Assembly: GCA_010015585.1 (NCBI GenBank)
Contig: ML975165.1
Strand: one strand, 5' to 3'
From: Eremomyces bilateralis CBS 781.70
Lineage: Eukaryota
DNA: 64,000 nucleotides
Part shown: one piece after another, positions 26,586 to 38,452 of the stretch
Layout: each line of letters opens with the position of its first letter
Numbering within the stretch: the stretch's first letter is position 1
Position numbers and translations under genes: made by a program
Notes under the pieces: generated by a model
Databases searched by the model: none
Seen by the model: only the letters and a program-made list of their open reading frames with translations
Told to the model about the DNA's origin: nothing

Positions 26586-27269
26586 TCACGACAAGCCCTC
26601 CAGGATCTCCTCGTCGCTGAGGTCGCGATGCCGGCCGATGACCAGACGCTTGAACTCCGCGGGATCCTTGTCCCAGATTTCGGCGGCTTGGGCGTTCAGT
26701 GGGCTCGCACTGTTCCATTTGCATACGCGTTAGTCACGGTTTCTACCTCCCCATCCACGGCCACGGTTCGCTGTACGTACTTATTCGGCTCCCCGAGCAA
26801 ACTCTGCAGGCTCAGCAGCACGCTCTGCACGTTGTAGATGGCGCTCCATTTATCCTTCAGGATGTCGAGGCAGATGCGGCCCGAGAAGTCGATGTTCGGA
26901 TGGTAGATGGGCGTCTGGAAGAGCACGGTGGGTGGGGCGTACGGGTAGGTGGTGGGGAATTGGAAGGTCAGTTTGAAGGTGAGGCCCGCGTATGGGGTGC
27001 CTTCTGGTCCCGTCATGGTGGCGGTCCAGAGGAGGAGGTTGTCGGCGGAGGGGAAGGCGGAGATGCCGGGGGTGGAGGACATCATGAGGGACATGAGTTC
27101 GGATTGGAGGCTGGTAAGGATGTTAGAAGGTTGTGGGAGGCGAGGGCATGGAGGGTCGAACGAACCGTTTCGTGACGTTGCCCTGGTTGCTGGTTCCCAT
27201 CATCGGGGTGGACGTCTTTCCCGAGTCGCTTCCCACAAAGCCGGCCGAGGGATCCATCATAGAGCTCAT
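26586..27269 (-). CDS. ubc11: Ubiquitin-conjugating enzyme E2-C (UBE2C/Ubc11 type); exons 27269-27166, 27110-26781, 26709-26586
   Basis: [42 protein letters not shown] (active-site Cys), LGEPN|NASPLN. Canonical introns. Confidence 0.93.
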
Positions 27270-28188
27270 TTGAATGTCTGGATAATACTACGGCCTTCGT
27301 TTGTCACCAGGAATCTGCAAGAGGCCTCGGAATATCAGGAGAATCCTCAATGATACTCTTCTCGTCTGTTGATACTCTCGACCAGTCCCCTGGACCAAGA
27401 AACTGGAGTAGAATCGCTACGGAATTAGGAAGATGGAAAACTTAAAAAAGATGACTCTGAATCTAGAGACGTAGGATCGAGGATGCCGGGAGTTTAAAAG
27501 GTGTTGCGACGGAATTGCTAGTCTTATGGCAGAGGCAAGTGAAGCTCGTGTGTTGGTGGGTGCAGTGTTGTCAGTTGTGTGTGACAGGGGACGACCGATG
27601 TAGCTGCAGCAACCACCAACCAAATCGCCGTTTCCAACCCACCCATCCAATCCAATCAGCGCCGATTCTGGCGTGTCGACCTCGCGTGTCTTGAGACTGA
27701 CACAGACGCGCTGGATCAATACAATTCAATTGACTTGATCGGAGGAAAAGATTCATTCGATGATGCTACCTACCTTCGTGTGATTACCAAGCGAGGGGCG
27801 AGTGGGTTGGTTGGCTGTTATTGTGTGAACAAAGAGCCCCTTTCGAGAGACCCATAAGGCCGTAACATCGCATCGCATTGACGCATTCCTCGCCAGCCTC
27901 GTGCCGCCGCATCCGGATTCCGCTCGAGAGGATGAGGACGACGGGAGATTGAACACGAAAGTGGACTTTAGTATGAGTCGGTTCATCCGGTTGAATGAGA
28001 CCCAATGGGTCCGTGGTTGAACTCGTTATCAATAAATATACTGATATGTCCCGAAGTATCTGGAACATGAAATGAGACCGAAGACGCAACCCGATCTTTC
28101 GCCTGGACCATATTGGCTGGAGATTGGTGTTGTATATACATAAATAGATCAATCCCGAGGCCATATCGAATCACGTCCCGGATTCCCC

Positions 28189-29262
28189 TCACGCTGCAAG
28201 CCGGTTGCCCGGTCCAATACAACGCCCCGGATGCCAGATATTGAACAGATACACCGCAACAATGACCGGCATGAACTCGAGACACCCAAAATACACTTCA
28301 TTCGAGGTCAGCTCTCCAAAGATCCCCTGCGCCGTCTCCGCCAGCCGGAAACATGTCCGCAGATACACAAGCACGCTGGCAACAACCATCGCCACGATGA
28401 ACCAGATACTGACCCGCTCCTGCTGAACGGATTGTTCGTGGGACGAGACCGGGAGGCCTTCCTTTCGGTCAGGGCGGCCGCGGATCGTGTTGCGGGCGCG
28501 GAAGAGGAAGATCGCTAACAGCACCTCGAAGAGGAAGAAGGCGGCGACTTGGAACGCTAGGCCTCCGAGCAGGATATTGTTGGCCATGGTGGGGTCTTTG
28601 TTGTTCGTCTGCGAGACGCCGATGCCGGCGGCGCCGCCGACCTGGATGCAGGTGGCGATGACATCGCAAGTCACGAAGATCCAGATGATCAGCTTGGGAC
28701 GGAGGGGCGCGTAGGCGCGGCCATTGGGGATGCGAAGGATGAGGGCGGAGAGGAGAGTGTAGATGGAGGCGGAGAAGAGGACGGGGGCGGTGACGATGAA
28801 GAAATATTGGATCACGAAGTATTTAACGTTGTATGGAGATCGCCCTGGAGGGACATCAGTATGTGGTGGGGTGAGGGAGAGGGATAGGCATACGGCTGCT
28901 GAGCATCCGTGCGGCGTAACCGACGATCTCCATGATGGTTCCCACGCACATGGGGGTGAAGTACCATGTCTTGTACCGACGTAGCTGGAATCCATGGGCG
29001 ATGGCAGATATGGCGAAGAGTACAATGGCTAGGATCGCCAGCACGAAGGATGGCGTGTAGCTGGTTGATTTAGTCGAGGATGCAATGATCGTACCACGGG
29101 TGCAACCTACCCATAGATGATGATACCTGAAGCAAAATTCACACGTCAGTTCCGGCCCATACCACCACCATATGTACAGGTACACTCACGAGCATCATCA
29201 GGCGTATTCGGATTGGGGAAGTTCGGATCGATATAACCAATCGGAGGACGTCCTTCGGCCAT
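28189..29262 (-). CDS. RTA1-like (lipid-translocating exporter family) 7-TM protein; exons 29262-29190, 29126-29111, 29060-28894, 28844-28189
   Basis: IIIYG|YTPSF, EIVGYAAR, QYFFIVTAPVLFSASIY, IFVTCDVIATCIQVGG, LRTCFRLAETAQG, WHPGRC are RTA1 hallmarks. Three canonical introns. Confidence 0.9.
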
Positions 29263-30232
29263 GATACGACGCAGATACAACAACTGCTGCGGATGATTGA
29301 ATTAAAGAGCGCAATCAAAGAGCGACATCGACTCGCTACTGTCGAGGAGACTGTACGACTTAAGAGGAAAGAAGGGATACAGCCATACAGCCTACGGAAG
29401 GTTCACGCGCTTGGAACTTGGAAGAGATCACACACCACGACAGTGCGGCATCCAAGAGACCAAGAGTCCAAGACCCATCGCACGGCATCATCTTTGCTAG
29501 TGGGCTTGGCGATGGTCGGCACCCATTTCGGCGGGCGGATGAATCGTCGTCCATCGATAGATGCCAGCGATCGCTGGGGTGGGAAAACCGGCCATGGGAA
29601 TTTGCCTTTTAGAAAACAATAGCGTTGTCCACGTGGAGCAAGAGATCCCGCTGATTTCTTCGATCTCATAATGATCACCATGGTGTTAGTAATACTCTTC
29701 TATGTAATCAACCAAATATGGAGCCGGAGGTTTTACAGCCTTGACGCCTTAACGCCTTGTGACGTTGTGGCCTTGTGGCCTGCGCATCGTCTCGCGCACG
29801 GGTCAACATCACAGCAGTTGAGCCTCACTTCCACTAGAGAGCACCATCCATCTGGACAACTTTATATAGAACCACTCCACCCTCCATCGCATGCCAAACG
29901 TCCAATATCATTGCGTTACTAAGCCAGTCAATTCCCTTGAGGGCCGTGAATACCTGAACCGTCTATCCTTTGACTCCGCTCATTTTCCGTACCCTTGGGA
30001 CCCGGACCTTAACAAGATCGAAGGTGTTACAGAACCAACAATGGTCAGAGCCATCGCGGAAAGGACTCGAATAACTTCATAAGCCTATCCTATCTCTGGG
30101 ATAGTCACTCTTCTGACGCTCAACCTCCTCGACCTCATTCCTCCTTCCTCTGCGCAACCCGGGTAAGGGAGACACCTCCGCTCGCCTCATCTCCATCTGT
30201 TATCCTCACCACCGCTCCACCGCACATTTACA

Positions 30233-31048
30233 ATGGCCTCACCCGCTCCCACCACCTCCCAAGCGCCCAATGGCATCTCCACTCCTCCTACCCAACCCGC
30301 CAACCCTACCACCGCAACACCCGCCCACATCACCCCCCCAACATCACAACCCAATACCGCCCTCCCCACCCAAGATCCCTCAACCTCCGACACCCCCCCC
30401 CTTCCCGCCGGTGGCATAGGCCCCCCCACCTCCCTCACCGACCCCGGCCTCTCCAAACGGCCCCGCGACGCCCGCACTCTCCACGTCCTCATGTCCAGCC
30501 TCGGCGTGCACGCCTACCAGGAGCGCGTCCCCCTCCAACTCATGGACTTCGCCTACCGCTACACTGCCGGCGTCCTCGGCGACGCCGTGCAGCTGAGCGC
30601 GAACGGCTACGGGGCACCGGCGGGGCGCGGCGCGGGCGCGGGCGCAACGGCGGGCGAGCCGACGGTGACGATGGCGGCGCTGCGGCTGGCGATTGCGAGC
30701 CGGCAGAATTATCAGTTTCAGCATGCGTTGCCAAAGGAGTGGTTGTTGGATTTGGCAGCGGAGAGGAATCGGGTACAGTTGCCGGGGGTGGGCAGGGGGT
30801 TTGGGTTGCGGTTACCGCCGGAGAAGTATTGCTTGACCGGGGTGGGGTGGAATTTGAAGGATGAGTGGGAGAGTGAGGAGGAGGTGGATTTGGAGATGGG
30901 GGCGGAGGGGGCGGAGGAGGTGGTGAATGGAGTAGGGGATGATGAGAAGATGGAGGATGCGGAGGGATTGAAGGAGGAGGAGCAAGATGAGTTTGAGGAG
31001 GTTATGGGCGGCGGTGAGACGCAGGATACGGCCATGGAAGATGCTTAG
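30233..31048 (+). CDS. TAF9: TFIID/SAGA subunit TAF9 (histone fold), single exon
   Basis: PRDARTLHVLMSSLGVHAYQERVPLQLMDFAYRYT and LAAERNRVQLP..RLPPEKYCLTG, followed by an acidic tail. Confidence 0.95.
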   Translation: MASPAPTTSQAPNGISTPPTQPANPTTATPAHITPPTSQPNTALPTQDPSTSDTPPLPAGGIGPPTSLTDPGLSKRPRDARTLHVLMSSLGVHAYQERVPLQLMDFAYRYTAGVLGDAVQLSANGYGAPAGRGAGAGATAGEPTVTMAALRLAIASRQNYQFQHALPKEWLLDLAAERNRVQLPGVGRGFGLRLPPEKYCLTGVGWNLKDEWESEEEVDLEMGAEGAEEVVNGVGDDEKMEDAEGLKEEEQDEFEEVMGGGETQDTAMEDA

Positions 31049-31321
31049 AGACTGCAGCATTTGCGTTGGAGTTGGTTGGTGGGATCACAAATACTACAAA
31101 ACTGGCGGCATGACACGGTGCCTAAACGGGCGGAAAACGGATTCGGGGAATCGGCGCAAAGAGGGGAAAGTCTTTGTTATTCCACCACCTACTTAAGCAG
31201 CATTATCTGTACAGCAGAATGGAACACCTGCAAAGTTCCCAACCCATCCATAACAGTGCCTTGACACCCCCCAAAAACGCCTCCCAATGCATCAACCCAA
31301 CCCTCGCTCCACCCCCTCTTC

Positions 31322-31905
31322 TTATGATTTCCCCGGCTCCTCCCCCTTCTTCAACGGCCTCCCCTGTTTATCCACCCCGTAGAATTCCCTCCGGAACGCC
31401 AGCGCCTCCTGCTTCACTACCTCCTGTTCCTCCCGCTCCCGCCGCCGATCCTCCATCGTCGCGAACCACTCTTCGCGCGCCAGGTCGCGCTGCTCCTGCG
31501 TCGAGTGGTCGACGAGGCACGCGTTCATCGCGATGCGTTGGTCACGGCAGGCCCAGGTGGCGGAAATGGTGCGGTTCAGGGCGCATGCGGCGAAGTCTAG
31601 ACGGGATATCAGCTACTGGTGTGTGTCTGGGATGGGATCTGCAACATGGCGAAGTCTTCGCTCGCGTGGTTGAGAACGGCATAACGGGACTCGCTCCTGG
31701 GCGGGGAAAGGAAGCAGAACATACCGTGGATCTCCGTCCGACAGATCGCCCGCACCCGCTTGTAATATAACTGCTGCACCTGTGTTTCCTGCGACGCGGA
31801 CAGCGGGATCGGGCTGCGTGAAGGGAGGGCCGTCGTAGTTCGCAGGGTCACGGGTTGCGGAGATTTGGTGGCATCGGTGGACGCTGGGTCGGCGGTCATG
31901 GCCAT
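31322..31905 (-). CDS. Twin CX9C mitochondrial COX assembly protein (CMC1-like); exons 31905-31725 and 31596-31322
   Basis: Intron 31724-31597 gives C-RTEIHDFAA-C and C-RDQRIAMNA-C (two CX9C motifs), with SPIPLSASQETQV and EQRDLAREEWF. Confidence 0.88.
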
Positions 31906-32561
31906 TTCCTGGCGGCGATCTGATCGTGCCGAAGGGGGTTTCAATCCTGGAGACGACGATGGTCCATTGGCAGGTTGGGGGTCGTGGGTTCTTTGATGTC
32001 GATACCTTGATAGTTGCGATGTTGAAGCTTGCGGTCAATTTCGGTTAAAGTTGCCTTGCGAAACTTCCGCAGACGTGTCTGGGCTGATCCTTGTGTGATA
32101 GACTGACAACTGACAACTGACAAACAATATCACTGGCTGTATGAGATGAATAAGTATTGCGAGATGTAGCTGACTGTCATTCTACGTCGATTTCAAGTAC
32201 TAAGCTTAGGATCTATTTTCTCGTTTATTCTACGCGTTTCATTCCTTTCCTAGAAGCTGTATATCGTCACCGCTACCCTTTCTAAAAGGCAAACATCTCC
32301 TTTAACGCAGATCAGGCTGAGGTCCTTCTTAGTATGCGTTACAAGAAACAAATTGGCAGATTAAGAGCTTGGAAAGGTTGAATTAGCAGAACGACGCCAA
32401 CGTGGTCAGTCTGTTAAACCATACTCCGGCTAGTATCAGCGATGCAAGTCCCCTCGGCGGCGACGACTGCGCTGTACAAGGAGGCATAGGATGATGGCTC
32501 ACTGCCGGGCTCATTTACATTATCTGCCAGCCATTGGCCTGAAGTACATTTCCCACCGATG

Positions 32562-33279
32562 GTGTGCCATAACGGCGCGATCGGCGCGAGGGCCATGCGT
32601 AGCCTCCAAACATACGGTCAGGATGAACCAAAACAAGTCTACGACAACCGTGCCTACACCATGTCGACGCTCACCATGGCGGCGCATTGAAGATATATGG
32701 CCATGCCATGGCCAACCGAACGGTCTGGGTACGCAGTCTGAATATTATATGCATCAACTGGGTGCCTATGCCATGACCAGCAACAACTGTTCATTCGTGC
32801 AAGGGGCCACTACATGTAAGAATGCGCTCGAGTTAGCGGCCGAGTATTGGGATACTCTAATTGCACCCCCCAACCTTATTGCGGCTCAAAGAATCGAGAA
32901 TACAGCCGAGGATGAGGATGCAGAAGTCGAAGAGGGTGAAGAGGATGAAGATGATGAAGAAAACGTAGCACCGAGCGCAATCCCTATTTTTGCCAATCCA
33001 AATCCCAGCATGCAGGCCAAGAATGAGGATGACGACGACGATGAGTGTGAGAGCGCGGCTGAGTCTCAGACCGGGGCAAATGACAGCGACGATGAGAGTG
33101 AAGGCGAAACGTCCGTGGAAGATAATTATCCTCGGTGTCTCCCTACGAAGCGCTCGTCTTCCAAATCTCATTCCCGTCACTACCATCGCAGCCGCAAAAC
33201 CTGCAAATCTAGCATTCACCAAAGCAGCGCAGCTACAGAGAGTGAACAGAAAAGGCGGGGATCGTGGTTTCTGTGGTGA
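32562..33279 (+). pseudogene. 5'-truncated, frameshifted relic of a widespread fungal hypothetical family (resembles DUF7924-type proteins)
   Basis: VCHNGAIGARAMRSLQTYG..VYDNRAYTMST, then HHGGALKIYGH, then EYYMHQLGAYAMT..FVQGATTCKNALELA lie in successive different frames (shifts near 32678 and 32712). No upstream coding portion found. Confidence 0.6.
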
Positions 33280-34518
33280 GATTGATCGGTATGCATCTCG
33301 CAGGTCGTTACCGAGATGGTAGTCACAGTGTCGATGCGCTACAATCTCTTGAGGGCTGTGAATCAGCATCCGTGATTTTTTTATAAACCTAGATCCAGGA
33401 GTTCATTTGCAGTGTGTACACTTTCCTTGACCAGTTTTTGCTAAGCGCGGCGACATTCATCAGACTAAATGGAGGGGTTTAGAACTCGGAGTAGAGCAGA
33501 GAGGGAAGGTCTGGGCTCCATATTCTCTATTCCTAAGGCTTTGAACCGGCCCTCTGTATTCTGTAACTGTTTGGTATTCCATTGTTCTCTGGACCTTGGA
33601 TATTGACATAGTAATACCCCGGTACAGCCAAGCTTAAAGCTTCGGTTAGGAGCAATGCTGCAGAGGTCCTTGTGGCGTCCATTGGGGCCAGGATCGGGGG
33701 GATAAAGCAAGGTGATGTGCTTGGCCAACCTACCGGGTGCCAAGTTGGTCGTGGGCATCTATCGACGGCCGCGTCGACTTTCCATTGACACCTTACGGGG
33801 AAAGCATGTCTTCAAAATACGGGTGCTACGGGCTCAAGTCGAGCTGAAGTCTCCGGTTCTGTGATATGGACATGTCACCGCTGGTGAATTGATCGTCGAA
33901 GGGCGTCTTAAAATCGCGACTTGGGCGCCAGGAAAGCAATCACTGGAAGACCATACCATCCCCGAATTCGAACGTCAGCGCTTGACTTCTGCGTGGCCGG
34001 ATGCACTGGAGGATGGGGACTTGGATATTCCGCGTTCGCCAGTTTGGTGTCTTGAAGTAGGTACTCGAGATGCCTCCCTCACAACAAATACCCCGGAAAT
34101 ACCGGTGTCGGTCGCCCACAGCCTGATTTAACGTCCTTGTCATCAGGAAAGGGGTTTGGAGTCCAGGAGTTTTCCCCAAGGGAAGCTTGAGACGTTTCGC
34201 CGCGTTGGGTGCTTCGATTTCAGGTATAGCCCCTTGGTACCCATTGGATCGACCGCCCAGAAGATCGCTAAAGGAAACTGGTTTAAAGGTTGCCAAAAAC
34301 GGACGATTCGACTGCTTTGAACGATAGCGAGATTGTAGTTTTTATAACGTGGAATAGCACAAGACGCTATCACGCCGCTCATCCCTATCATATGGCCCGG
34401 CTTTGATTCTGAAGGAGGAAATGGTCCTTTATAAATTGCATAAGGTAATTTACCTGAGGTGTATATTTAACTATTATCTATCCCTGGCCTCAAAAATGCT
34501 CAGCGTCATGCCAATTCC

Positions 34519-35965
34519 TTATATCTTCTCTGTCCCGAGGTCTCGTATGAGCTCTCTCGAGATCTCAACGACCTTCCTAACAACCTCCTCATCCACAACC
34601 CCCTCCTGCCACGTAACCCCAACCGACAAACACCCATCCCCTCCCGTCATGATGCCAACCTCCACCGCCGGCCCCGTCACAGTTGCACTCTGACTGAACA
34701 CCGCCCTCCCCATCCCCTCCCCCCTAACGACCCCCAAGCTCGACACCTCAAAACTATCCCCCCTCTCCTTCCCCACCTTCCCCGCAAAGAACTCATGCAC
34801 ATCCGAAACGTACCGCAACAGCCCCGAATTCGTATCCCGCCCATCCTTCTTTACCAACTTCGTGACCTCGTCCCGGCTTCGTCGCGCCTCAGCCCAGAAC
34901 GCCGCCCGATCCTCGGACTTCGTGCCAGACCGGGTGTACGCCGTGTTTACCGACGCGACCACAACCCCCATCGTTTCCTCTGCGCGTGCTTTCTCCTCCC
35001 CCCGCACGAACCGCCGCAACGATACCGGCACCGTGCACCCCAACGTCTCCCACTCGCCCGGCAGAGCCTCGAAGAGCGCAGCGGCGATCACCACCTGGAA
35101 CCCAGCAGTCAGCGACGTCTGCTGTGTTTTGCACGCGGCGGCGAACGACTTCGTCTCATGGGGCGTGAAGCTGAAACTCCGGAAGCGGACGGCTAGGGGC
35201 GTCGTGGCGGGCATCCCAGTCCAGATGCCTTTGGGGCGGGATGGGAACCAATCGCTCCAGAGGGCGCGGAGGAGGAAGGGGAGGGAGAGGGGGAGGGGGA
35301 GGAGGGATTCCATGGGGGGAGAGAGGGCGTGGGTGGGTGGCGAGGGGGCTAGCGGCTGGGGCGTAGAGATGGCAAGAGTTGCTGGGTCAGTGAGGCTGGA
35401 TGCGAGAGAGCGCTGGATGACGAGGCCAGAAAGACCGTCGCCGATGGAGTGGTGGTAGATGAAGCTGATGGTGACGTGCGTTGGCGACGACGGATGGGAG
35501 GAGACCACGGCTCTCCATAATGCTGGTGGGTGCTCTTCGCCTTCAGATGGGAGGAATCGGGTGTTATGCTCGCTCTGCAAGATTTCATCCAGCTCCTGAT
35601 CTTCTGAGGCGCATGACTCCGGTGCCCGTCGACGCTCGACAAATCTGATAACCTTGGATAGGTCGATGGACGGTGCCTGGACGAAATACGCATCCGTCAG
35701 CTCGTCAACGGTGATTGCGGAAAGCGCCGGATGTGCATCGATCGCTCCCTTGAACGCGGCATAAATCGATGCTTCGAGCGACGTCGGACGTGTCTTTAAA
35801 ACGTAAGTCGCTGTCACCCCGACATTGTTGTAATATCCCAAGGCATGGCGAACACTGGAGAAGCGCTCCAATTTGCCTGGTTGTCGGTTAGAAGGTGTTC
35901 CATCAAATTCGGGGCTTAATTTAGAACCTACCAAGTTTTCTAAGAGTTCTAGGTTTCCCTTCCAT
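34519..35965 (-). CDS. Alcohol acetyltransferase-family (ATF/CoA-dependent acyltransferase) protein; exons 35965-35932 and 35876-34519
   Basis: RKLG|KLERFSSVRHALGYYNNV, catalytic HXXXD (YHHSIGDGLSG) and SFEVSSLG..FSQSA. 55-nt intron 35931-35877. Confidence 0.88.
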
Positions 35966-36532
35966 CAAGATAACTTACTGATGGTTCATCTGATATAATG
36001 TTCATTGGTTTAGACGTGTCAATCAATCACGGAAGTCATAGGGTGCCCGACAGAGGGAGTGAGATGCTTATTTGTGTAAGAAGTAGTACATGTAGGGCAA
36101 TCCAAATGAGCTCATTTGAAATTAAATGATGGTTTTAATGATGAGGCTCAAAGAACGTACCAGACTACCAGTAGTAGGCTCGTGTACTGCTGAGTCATCA
36201 TGCTGAGCCATCATGCTGTCCTCCTTCATGAAGATTGAAGCTATCTACATACACGTCCATCCCTGTTATGGTTTGGTCATTTGACGATGAAGATGTCGAT
36301 TACAAGACTTATACAGCTAGAAAGAGCTATATAAGAACGGGTAGGATCTCCAAATGTCTATTTTGGTGCCTCAGGCACAAACATTTAGGTAATGCTATAC
36401 CTAATTAGGCTAGTATTTATGAGGCCTTTTATGAGCGCTAGGGCCAAATCAGGTTAGATTTCATGAAGACTTTATATGGCGAGCCCTAGGTACATGGCAA
36501 TCTACCCAGGATTATGTAAGATAAAGAACATA

Positions 36533-38452
36533 CTCAAGCATTAGCTTCCCGTAGCAATTCCTGATATTGTACGTGTCACGTGCAGAGAGGGGCTCGACGA
36601 ACCCCATCAAAACTCAAGATTGCTTCATCACCATTGATATTCCCCACATGTGCCACGCAGAGAGGCCTGACGGGCGTAGGAATAAACAATCAATCATTCA
36701 ATCATTATTGATATTACTAGTATCTAGTGATTTATCCTACACCATATTTACTTAAATTTTCTGATGCCTCCTATCCGTCAGACACGTCGAGTCGCGCAGA
36801 GACATAATTTATCGATTACTCAGCTAACCACCATCGCTGTATGCCGCCATTTTGGCCAGACATTCCCCCAGATATCGACCGAGCTCCGCATCCCAACTAC
36901 GAGCGTATCTAGCGCTTATCAACGTGTGTATGGAAGAGCCAAAGACTTTGCGTGCTTGCGCGTTGGCGGAGGGGAAAATTTACCTCTAAATTGGCAGCCA
37001 TCGCTTCTCGATTTCCAGCGAAGTCTCGATGCCTGCGCACAAGAAGAGGAGCATCGTGGGCGCCCGGCCACGGCAGGCATTGTCAAAGACGCGTTACGCG
37101 ATACAGCGACACGGGACGAACAAGCACAAGATAAGCCTTGGACTCAAGTCGCGCGCGAAGTAAGCGAGAACCTTGGTATACCAGTGCCAAAAACTACAGC
37201 ATATAGAATCCTTAAAGATGAGTTTATTCTCCGTCGACGCCGGCCTCCACGGAAGCTTGAACTTACCCCCTGGCACAAAAACGACAGGAAAAGGCTTGCA
37301 AGTTGGGCGCTACCAAAGCTCGAAAATGGGGATATTTTTATCTTCACAGACGAGATGCTGGTAAATACAAACAATAGTCGGAAACCCCTCGCGGTTACAC
37401 GCCCACGAGGCGCTAATCCATTCGATTTCTCACGATCCCCTCCAGACGTATTTCAAGCTATTATGTTTTGGGGAGCAATATGCTGGGGATATGACTTAGA
37501 GGGCACGGGACCATGCCATGCGTGGGAAGCGGAGACACAGGAGGAACGAGAGACCATCGATCGCACGATCTCGGATGAGAACCAGGTCATGATCCACGAG
37601 ATGGAGCATGACAGAGCCGAGGCACGGCGTCCTGGGACCCGCCAGTACCGTCATCTGCAGGAATTAAATGTAAATATACAGAGGTAAGGTCCAAGTCGCA
37701 GTCGTCATGTACTCGTTAAGGTCTTTCCTATTCTTCCCCAAGCTGTCTCCTTCAATCCGAGCTTATCTTCGTTACTTACCCTATTATCTGCTCATCTACT
37801 TACTTTATATATATAGGGAAAATCAGGAACACGGTACACGCCGTGCACGGCGTCGTCCGGAATGGGAATTCAAACAGGAGCTTGCTAAACGCGATAAAGG
37901 TAAAGGGGGGGTCGATTGGGCTCGATATCGAGAGATGATACTCCGTCCGCTATTATTTCCGTACGCAAGAACGATCCAGCGCGTTACAGGCAGGACTGTC
38001 TGGATTATTGAGGACAATGCTTCACCCCATACAAAGGCACGAAAGTGGACAATCCAGGAACGACAAGAGCAGGGTATCAACGTCGTTAAATGGCCCCCTA
38101 AATCCCCAGATCTTAACCGTGTCAAGCGTATATGGGACTGGATGAAGCTGAAGCTTCCGTTTGAGGATCTACGGAATGCATCAGGCAATTTAGAGCGGAA
38201 GAATGCGGTAGATGCGTTGTATAAACTCTGGAGAGAATGTCCCAGGGAGAAGGTTGATAAGGAGGCTAACTTATTCCAGAAAGTCCTACTAAAGGTGCTT
38301 GAAAATGATGGAAATAATAACTTCTTTGCTTAATTAGCCTCTTACATATTCTAAACTTAAATTAATGCCTTTGCACTGCCTCTGTGTGGAGATGAAGGAG
38401 GGGGACCTAATTAGGAAATTCACGTGATACACACAATTTTGGGAAGCTTGAG
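36533..38452 (+). mobile_element. Tc1/mariner-IS630 superfamily DNA transposon, 1920 bp, TA target duplication, imperfect TIRs
   Basis: TA at 36531-32 and 38453-54. The right end (38421-38452) reverse-complements to CTCAAGCTTCCCAAAATTGTGTGTATCACGTG. The left end (36533-36582) reads CTCAAGC[ATTAGC]TTCCC[GTAGCAATTCCTGAT]ATTGTACGTGTCACGTG, the same blocks with insertions. It encloses a DDE transposase. Confidence 0.8.
36764..38333 (+). CDS. Tc1-like (DDE_3) transposase, 478 aa after removing intron 37684-37816; catalytic Glu replaced by Lys
   Basis: N-terminal HTH-like segments, IFIFTDEM, MFWGAI, IIEDNASPH, KWPPKSPDLNRVKRIW (consensus SPDLNPIE). The 133-nt GTAAGG..TAG intron joins the two ORFs in frame. 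Confidence 0.82.

Noticed and set aside
28189..35965. RTA1-like plus acetyltransferase as a secondary-metabolite cluster
   Set aside because: No backbone synthase, and the two are separated by core genes (TAF9, CMC1).
36188..36218. 13-bp tandem repeat containing TGAGTCA (AP-1/Gcn4-like) upstream of the acetyltransferase
   Set aside because: A single 7-mer is expected by chance in 64 kb; no supporting evidence.
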